In this document: one piece after another, positions 24,474 through 29,874 of the stretch
How the letters are laid out: the number at the start of each line of letters is the position of its first letter
Position numbering within the stretch: the first letter of the stretch is position 1
NCBI GenBank assembly: GCA_037441385.1
Contig: JBBISH010000084.1
Coordinates: forward strand, 1-29,874
Length of the DNA: 29,874 bases
From: Myxococcales bacterium
GTDB lineage: Bacteria; Myxococcota_A; UBA9042
Direction of reading: 5' to 3'
Notes under the pieces: generated by a model
What the model was told of the DNA's origin: nothing
Database searches by the model: none
What the model saw: the letters and a program-made list of their open reading frames with translations, nothing else
Translations under genes and position numbers: made by a program

Positions 24474-26009
24474 CTATCGGCCGGCCGCCAGCCTACCCGC
24501 CAACAGGTGGGCGATGGTGACGGTCGGCGCCATGGTGTGGCTGGATGCGCTGGTTGGAAATAGTGAAGTATCCATGACATACACGCTGTTGCTGCCGTGG
24601 ACGCGGCCGCGCTGATCGCACACGCTGCGCTCGGGGTCCACACCCATCCGCGCGCCGCCCTGCTGGTGGGCCGAGATGAGCGGAATCGTCGCCGGGGCCA
24701 GGCTCAGTGCCGCGACGGAAGGTAGATCGCCCTCGCTGCGCAAAATCACGGGCGGAGCGTTGGGCACCGCCACCAGCGTGGCCCCCGCCGCCAAGTAGGC
24801 GCGCCCAGCCGCTGCGATGGCTTGGCGCGCCCGGCGCCGATAATCCTCGGTAAACTCGTAGTCGATGCGCAGTTGACCGGCCCAGTTGCGGTGAATGCGC
24901 GCCCGCGATTCGTCTGGCAACAGCAGCAACGACGCGGCAAAATGCGGCAATTGCGCCAGGAGCTGCTTGCCGTCGGCGCCGGGTTGCGACACCAGCGAGC
25001 CCAGGATGCCCGGCGTGCCAAAGATCGGCTCGATGCGAAAGCCGCTAAGGCCCAACTGCGGGTCGTGGCGCTCGAATTCGGTGATGGCAAAGGCCTGGGG
25101 GATGCCGTCGTAGCCGCCGACCACTTCGGGCATCACGGCGGTGATCGGCACTTGCGGCTGCAGGCTGACAAAGCGCCCCAGGGCCGGACCGCCCAGGCCC
25201 GCGCGCTCGAGCAACGTCGTCGTGCCCACTGGACCTGCCGCCAGGATCACGGTGTCGGCGATGACGCGAAAGACGTTGCCCTCGCGGTAGCCGCGCTCAT
25301 CCAAACACGCGATTTGCAGCGTCTTTTCTGGCATCGTCGCGTTGCGCACCGCCTTGACCCGCGCCCGCACCAGCACCTGAGCGCCCGCCGCCAAGGCCCG
25401 CGGAATTGCGACCATCCGCGGGTTGCGCTTGGCGCCCACCGGGCAGCCGATGAGGCACGTGCCCAGGCCCTTGCAGCCGTCGCGGTTGTGCAGCATCAGC
25501 TCGCCGCGCCAGCCCAGCGCTCGTGCACCGCGCCGCAGGACTTGATTGTTGCGGTTGACTTGGTCTTCGCTGATGGGACGAGCGGACAGGTCGGCCAAGG
25601 CTTGCTCGGTAGCCCGCGTGATCTCGGCCGCCGCGAATTCCGTGATGGAGTAGTGGTCGCGCCAGGTCTGCCACGTCTCGGCTGCGATTGGCACCACGTC
25701 GCTGGCGTTGATGACGCCGCCGCCGCCCAGCACTCGACCCGACAGTACCGAAATCGAGCGACAAGTGGTGGTGCGCCCGCCGCGGTCGGCGTACAGCTGG
25801 TCGTACATCGGCAGATCGCGTTGCGTCAGCTTCGCCGGCCCCACGAAATCGCCGCCTTCTTCAAGCAGAATCACATCTTTGCCGGCTTCGGCCAGCAGCA
25901 TCGCCGCGGTCGCGCCACCGCAGCCCGAGCCGACGATCGCCACCTGGCAGCGCCGATCCTGGGGTGCCGGGCCCGCAAACTGGCCTGAGCAGTCGATGAT
26001 TTCGCTCAT
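24474..26009 (-). CDS. GMC-family FAD oxidoreductase
   Basis: ATG 26009 overlaps the upstream stop (ATGA). IVGSGCGG Rossmann motif, GRVLGGGGVIN, CKGLGTCLIGCP, SAHQQGGARMG, VYVMDTSLFPT. Confidence 0.92.
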   Translation of the reverse strand: MSEIIDCSGQFAGPAPQDRRCQVAIVGSGCGGATAAMLLAEAGKDVILLEEGGDFVGPAKLTQRDLPMYDQLYADRGGRTTTCRSISVLSGRVLGGGGVINASDVVPIAAETWQTWRDHYSITEFAAAEITRATEQALADLSARPISEDQVNRNNQVLRRGARALGWRGELMLHNRDGCKGLGTCLIGCPVGAKRNPRMVAIPRALAAGAQVLVRARVKAVRNATMPEKTLQIACLDERGYREGNVFRVIADTVILAAGPVGTTTLLERAGLGGPALGRFVSLQPQVPITAVMPEVVGGYDGIPQAFAITEFERHDPQLGLSGFRIEPIFGTPGILGSLVSQPGADGKQLLAQLPHFAASLLLLPDESRARIHRNWAGQLRIDYEFTEDYRRRARQAIAAAGRAYLAAGATLVAVPNAPPVILRSEGDLPSVAALSLAPATIPLISAHQQGGARMGVDPERSVCDQRGRVHGSNSVYVMDTSLFPTSASSHTMAPTVTIAHLLAGRLAAGR

Positions 26010-26530
26010 CGCTGCAGCCTCGCCAGGCTTGGCCCAGGGTAGCCGACGCTGGGCCACACCTCGGCTTGGTCGTAGTAGGCCAGGCCCAGGAACCGCGCAA
26101 ACGACCAGTAGATTTCGCGGCGCAGCGGTCGTGCGGCGGTTGACCAACTGGCCCAGTGCCGCAGCTGCTCGTCGGGCGTCAGCCCGCAAAACGTGGTGGC
26201 ACGGCCATCGAACAGGACGGGCCCATATTCAAGGAGTTCAAGGGCCAGGCGCGCATCGCGCTGATCCGCCGTCGGCTGGTCGGCCAGGTAGCGATCGAAC
26301 AGTCGGCCCAAGTCAAAGTCGGCGCCCGTCTTGGGGCTTTGGGGCGTGGCCGGCAAGTGGACCGCCGCCAGCGCCTGCAGCGTCTGGTATTGCCCAGGCG
26401 AAAGCACAGACAAATCACCGGCGTCGGGCACGCTGCCGCGCAGGCCCCGCAGGCCAATCGCCGCGCCCGCAGCCAGGGTCGCGCTCGCGACGCCCAGGCG
26501 CAGCAGGCCGCGGCGGCTGAACCTAGCCAT
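26006..26530 (-). CDS. Tat-signal small subunit (gluconate 2-dehydrogenase subunit 3-like)
   Basis: SRRGLL twin-arginine motif; ends AYYDQAEVWPSVGYPGP; translationally coupled to the GMC gene. Confidence 0.85.
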   Translation of the reverse strand: MARFSRRGLLRLGVASATLAAGAAIGLRGLRGSVPDAGDLSVLSPGQYQTLQALAAVHLPATPQSPKTGADFDLGRLFDRYLADQPTADQRDARLALELLEYGPVLFDGRATTFCGLTPDEQLRHWASWSTAARPLRREIYWSFARFLGLAYYDQAEVWPSVGYPGPSLARLQR

Positions 26531-27869
26531 CGACCTTGGCAGAGGTGGCGACGCGCAGCGTCACCGGTCGTGTAAAATCGGCCAAGATATCGTGACCTTG
26601 GGCGATGCGCTCTTGCAGCTGGGCTTGGCTGGCATCCAGCCGCGCCTGCCGCACCTGACCCAAGTGCTTGGCCATCTTGACGCCTTTGTCCAGCACCGCG
26701 TGCACGGCCACCCGCAGCGGCGAGCCGCGGTAGAAGCACTGGCCGTGCCGCCACAGCGCGCGCTCGTCGATGGCGAAGCCAAGTCCAGGCAGTTCAGGTA
26801 GTTGCAGCTTGCCGTGCTCGTGCAGCCACGGCGACTGCAGCAGGCCGTCGCGGAACTCGGGGACCCAGCCGGGCTCGGAGATAGGGTATTCCAGCAGGCT
26901 GGAGTCGCGCCATGGCGATGCGGCAAACAGCTGTAAATTCACAGCAAAACCGATCCCGTTGGTCCAGGTGTGCGGGGTGTAGCGCGCGCCGGCCTTGGCC
27001 ACGGCCTGGACGATCGCCCACGTCTCGGCGATGCCGCCGGCAAACACCGCGTCGGGCTGATAGATGTCCAGGCACTTCTTTTCCAGCATCACCTCGATTT
27101 CGGGCAGACCGTGGTGGTTCAACTCGGCGCCCGCAATCGGCATCTGCGTTTGCCGGCGCAGCGCCGCCATGCCCGCGTAGTCGTCGTTGGGCAGGGGTTC
27201 TTCCAGCCACTGATACCCCATTTCGTGGGCGCGGTTGGCAAACTGCAGCGCGCGGGCCAGATCCCAGCGCGGCGCGTCGGCCACCACCGCTACCCGCCAG
27301 CCCTGGTTGGCGTCGATGCCCATGGCAAAGTCGTCGCCCATCGCCCGCCGCGCCGTCTCGATCTGCTCCAGATCGTCGGCGGGGTCAAAGGCGTGCACGC
27401 GGAGCTTGGCGGCGCGAAAACCCTCGGCCCGGCGCCGCTCCAGCTCTTTGACCCGCTCGGCGCCGTTGCGCATTTCGCCAGTCGAGGCATAGAGTTCGAT
27501 GCTGCCGCCTTGGCCGCCCAGCAGCTTGTACACCGGGACCTTGCGCGCCTTGCCCACGATGTCCCACACCGCCGGCTCGAGCCAGCCGCAGTGCCAGCCC
27601 AGGTAGCTCATCTCGCGCAAGCGCTGGCGGATCGAGGCCAAATCGTCGGCGCGTTCGCTCAGCAGGTACGGGCCGAGCAGGCTGCCGAGCCCCTGGCGCT
27701 CGCGGTCCATCGCCGGCCCGGCAGCCCAGCCACTGACGCCCGATGCTGTGGTCAACTTGGCAAGCGTAAAACGATTTTCGGTCTGGGGTAGCCCTGGGAT
27801 CCACGACGGCCGAAACGGCGCCGGCAGGGGCACCGCCACATGCCACAAGCTCACATCCGAAATTCGCAT
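26523..27869 (-). CDS. Mandelate racemase/muconate lactonizing enzyme (enolase superfamily) protein
   Basis: AGGAGG RBS; AVWDIVGK..PVYKLLGG, KLR, IDANQ, WLEEP, GAE, QPD, TPHTW, LEYP. Confidence 0.92.
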   Translation of the reverse strand: MRISDVSLWHVAVPLPAPFRPSWIPGLPQTENRFTLAKLTTASGVSGWAAGPAMDRERQGLGSLLGPYLLSERADDLASIRQRLREMSYLGWHCGWLEPAVWDIVGKARKVPVYKLLGGQGGSIELYASTGEMRNGAERVKELERRRAEGFRAAKLRVHAFDPADDLEQIETARRAMGDDFAMGIDANQGWRVAVVADAPRWDLARALQFANRAHEMGYQWLEEPLPNDDYAGMAALRRQTQMPIAGAELNHHGLPEIEVMLEKKCLDIYQPDAVFAGGIAETWAIVQAVAKAGARYTPHTWTNGIGFAVNLQLFAASPWRDSSLLEYPISEPGWVPEFRDGLLQSPWLHEHGKLQLPELPGLGFAIDERALWRHGQCFYRGSPLRVAVHAVLDKGVKMAKHLGQVRQARLDASQAQLQERIAQGHDILADFTRPVTLRVATSAKVDG

Positions 27870-28041
27870 CGCGGCCTCCTTTCCACCTGAGGTTTTGCCA
27901 GGATGCGCCTGCAGTCGCGCCCGGTCAAGCTGCGGATGCCGCGTCGCGACAGGTGCGGAAGTGGCGCGCCCGATCCCGTGTGCGATCCAACCAGCAACGC
28001 TGCACCGAGTGCGCCAGAACGCTAGACAGTCCAGTCAGTCC

Positions 28042-28173
28042 TACCCACCCCACCTGCTTTGCGCCTGCACGGTTGCACTGACCTTTTGGGCAACTGCAAA
28101 GAATTACGCGGGGTTGACAGGATAGGCCCAAGAAACCTGGGCAATTGGGGCGGGCCGGGCCGCCAGCCTGGGG
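28042..28173 (-). repeat. Repeat family A copy 4 (diverged, inverted)
   Basis: Minus strand CCCCGCGTAATTCTTTGCAGTTGCCCAAAAGGTCAGTGCAACCGTGCAGGCGCAAAGCAGGTGGGGTGGGTA aligns ungapped to the right half of copies 1/2 and ends in the same GTA; left half degenerate. Confidence 0.65.
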
Positions 28174-28275
28174 CGTTCGCCGGTTGATGTCGTCGGTCAA
28201 ACAGGGACTTTGCCGTTGCATCGCCGGCCGGACTTGCGTAGTGTGAACGTCTGTACCACCTGGGAAGGCCAAGCG

Positions 28276-29874
28276 ATGCTCTCAGTTCGACTTTACGCCC
28301 GCGGCGCGGCGCCACTGGCTTGGTTGTGCACGGCGCTGGTAACCCTGGCTGGGACCGTCGCCTGCGAGAACGCTCCTGCCCCTGCAGTCAAGGGCGACAT
28401 CGCGGCCGACGCGTTTGCCGATTCGGCCGCTGCGGACGCCGAAGCTGGCGACGTGGCCGACGCGTCGGCGGAGGATGTTGCCCCCGACGTGATCCCGGCC
28501 GGCGCCGACGCACTGCAAGACGTGCAACTCGACGAGATCGGCGGCGATCTGGGGAGTTCGGGCGATTCGATCGGGTCGGGCGACACCAGCCAGCCAGGCG
28601 ACGGCATCCAGCAAGGCGACAGCGCTCAGCAGGTGGACAGTGCCGGGCAAGTGGACAGTGCCGGGCAAGTGGACAGTGCCGAACAGGGCGACAGCGCTCA
28701 GCAAGTGGACAGCGCTCAGCAAGTCGACGGTGCCGGGCAAGAGGACGGTGCCGAGCCAGGCGACGGTTCGCAACCGCAAGACACCGCCAGCCCCGCCGAT
28801 GCAACGGGCGACGTCGACGACGCGGCAACGGCGGATTCTGCTGCTGATTCGGGCGCGCCGACCGCCATCGCCACGGCCACCTACGCCCCTTGTGCCGGCC
28901 CGAGCGACTGCCCAAGTGGCGTGTGCGACACCGCCAGCCACCTGTGCGTTGCTTGCCTGGCGCCCAGCGACTGTGGCCCGGCAGCCACCTGCAAAGAGGG
29001 CAACTGCTACGCCGCTACGGCCTGCAAATCTGACAAGGATTGCAAGGCCTTGGCGGGCGTGTGCGACAAAGGCGCCCAGGTCTGTGTGGCCTGCAATAGC
29101 AGTGCCGACTGCGGCGCCGGCCAGAGTTGCAGTGCTGGACAGTGTGTGGTCGCGACGCCGTGCACCACTAGCAAACAGTGCGACGGCGTGTGCCACCCCA
29201 GCTTGGGCGTGTGCACCGATTGCGCCACCTCGGCGGACTGCAGCGTTGGCCAATTCTGCACCGCCAAAGGTCAATGCGTGGCTTCTGTCTGCCAACCCGG
29301 GGTTGCGCAGTGTTTGGGCAGCAAGTTGGCCGTCTGTTCCGACGACGGCGGCAGCTTTACCGTGGACACCTGCCAAAGCAAGGACCCGTGCCAACTCGCC
29401 GCGGGCTGCCAGGCCGGCGTGTGCCAGTTCACCCCCAAAGCGTGCGACGACGGCAACCCGTGCACCGCCGATTCGTGCGCCTCGGGCGTGGGTTGCGCAA
29501 GTGCCGCCACGGCGGCCAACTGCGACGACGGCAATGCCTGCACGCAAGCCGATCAGTGCAGCCAGGGCAACTGCGCCGGCACCCCCAAGGCCTGCGATGA
29601 CAGCAACCCCTGCACCGACGACAGCTGCGCCGGGGGTGTCTGTGCCAGCACCGCCAACACGGCCACCTGCGACGACGGCGACGCTTGCACCAGCGGCGAC
29701 AGCTGCAAGGACGGCGCGTGCGCGGGCGCCAAGGTGGTGTGCGACGACGGCAAGGTGTGCACGGCCGACAGCTGCGATCCCAAGCAAGGCTGCGTGTTTG
29801 CCAACACGACCTTGGCCTGCGACGACGGCGACGCTTGCACCAGCGGCGACACCTGCAAGGCGGGCGCCTGCACG
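28276..29874 (+). CDS. Cys-rich repeat lipoprotein (3'-partial, runs off the window)
   Basis: ATG 28276: MLSVRLYARGAAPLAWLCTALVTLAGTVAC (lipobox-like), Asp-rich linker, then Cys repeats in the same frame (e.g. CDDGNAC at 29521). Absent from the ORF track because there is no stop in the window. Confidence 0.85.
   Translation, partial: MLSVRLYARGAAPLAWLCTALVTLAGTVACENAPAPAVKGDIAADAFADSAAADAEAGDVADASAEDVAPDVIPAGADALQDVQLDEIGGDLGSSGDSIGSGDTSQPGDGIQQGDSAQQVDSAGQVDSAGQVDSAEQGDSAQQVDSAQQVDGAGQEDGAEPGDGSQPQDTASPADATGDVDDAATADSAADSGAPTAIATATYAPCAGPSDCPSGVCDTASHLCVACLAPSDCGPAATCKEGNCYAATACKSDKDCKALAGVCDKGAQVCVACNSSADCGAGQSCSAGQCVVATPCTTSKQCDGVCHPSLGVCTDCATSADCSVGQFCTAKGQCVASVCQPGVAQCLGSKLAVCSDDGGSFTVDTCQSKDPCQLAAGCQAGVCQFTPKACDDGNPCTADSCASGVGCASAATAANCDDGNACTQADQCSQGNCAGTPKACDDSNPCTDDSCAGGVCASTANTATCDDGDACTSGDSCKDGACAGAKVVCDDGKVCTADSCDPKQGCVFANTTLACDDGDACTSGDTCKAGACT
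28594..28773 (+). repeat. Intragenic 18-bp VNTR (~10 units, Q/P-V/G-D-S/G-A-x)
   Basis: PGDGIQ QGDSAQ QVDSAG QVDSAG QVDSAE QGDSAQ QVDSAQ QVDGAG QEDGAE PGDGSQ. Confidence 0.85.

Noticed and set aside
26010..26189. N-terminal extension of the GMC ORF
   Set aside because: Overlaps the Tat subunit gene; ATGA coupling at 26006-26009 marks the real start.
28594..28773. Short direct repeats as a CRISPR array
   Set aside because: Contiguous 18-bp in-frame coding repeats with no spacers.

Overview
GC-rich bacterial window, probably from a Myxococcota-like organism (inferred from the protein families, not proven). The left two thirds and the right end hold a cluster of exported, Cys-rich repeat (lipo)proteins. 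Four have CDDGNxCTxDxC repeat stalks (2567-8515 -, 9825-14498 +, 14681-18259 +, 28276->end +) and one has a different 27-aa repeat (1524-2465 +). The three complete stalk proteins each end in a different domain: golvesin/CBM-like, beta-propeller, or Ig plus BPI/LBP-like. A secreted phage-tail-fibre-like adhesin follows (18284-20071 -). Next come an intact sigma54-dependent RNA repair locus (rtcR divergent from rtcB-rtcA, with a visible -24/-12 promoter) and an enolase-superfamily / Tat subunit / GMC flavoprotein operon. Intergenic DNA carries a ~132-bp TA-ended repeat in four copies, two of which bracket one giant lipoprotein gene like a cassette, plus several other palindromic or MITE-like elements. 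The first 1.4 kb contains an unannotated 43-aa Cys/His/Met-rich membrane peptide, a decayed HMA-like (possibly selenocysteine) lipoprotein remnant and a frameshifted membrane-protein pseudogene. All domain assignments are from motif recognition by eye and need HMM or structure confirmation.
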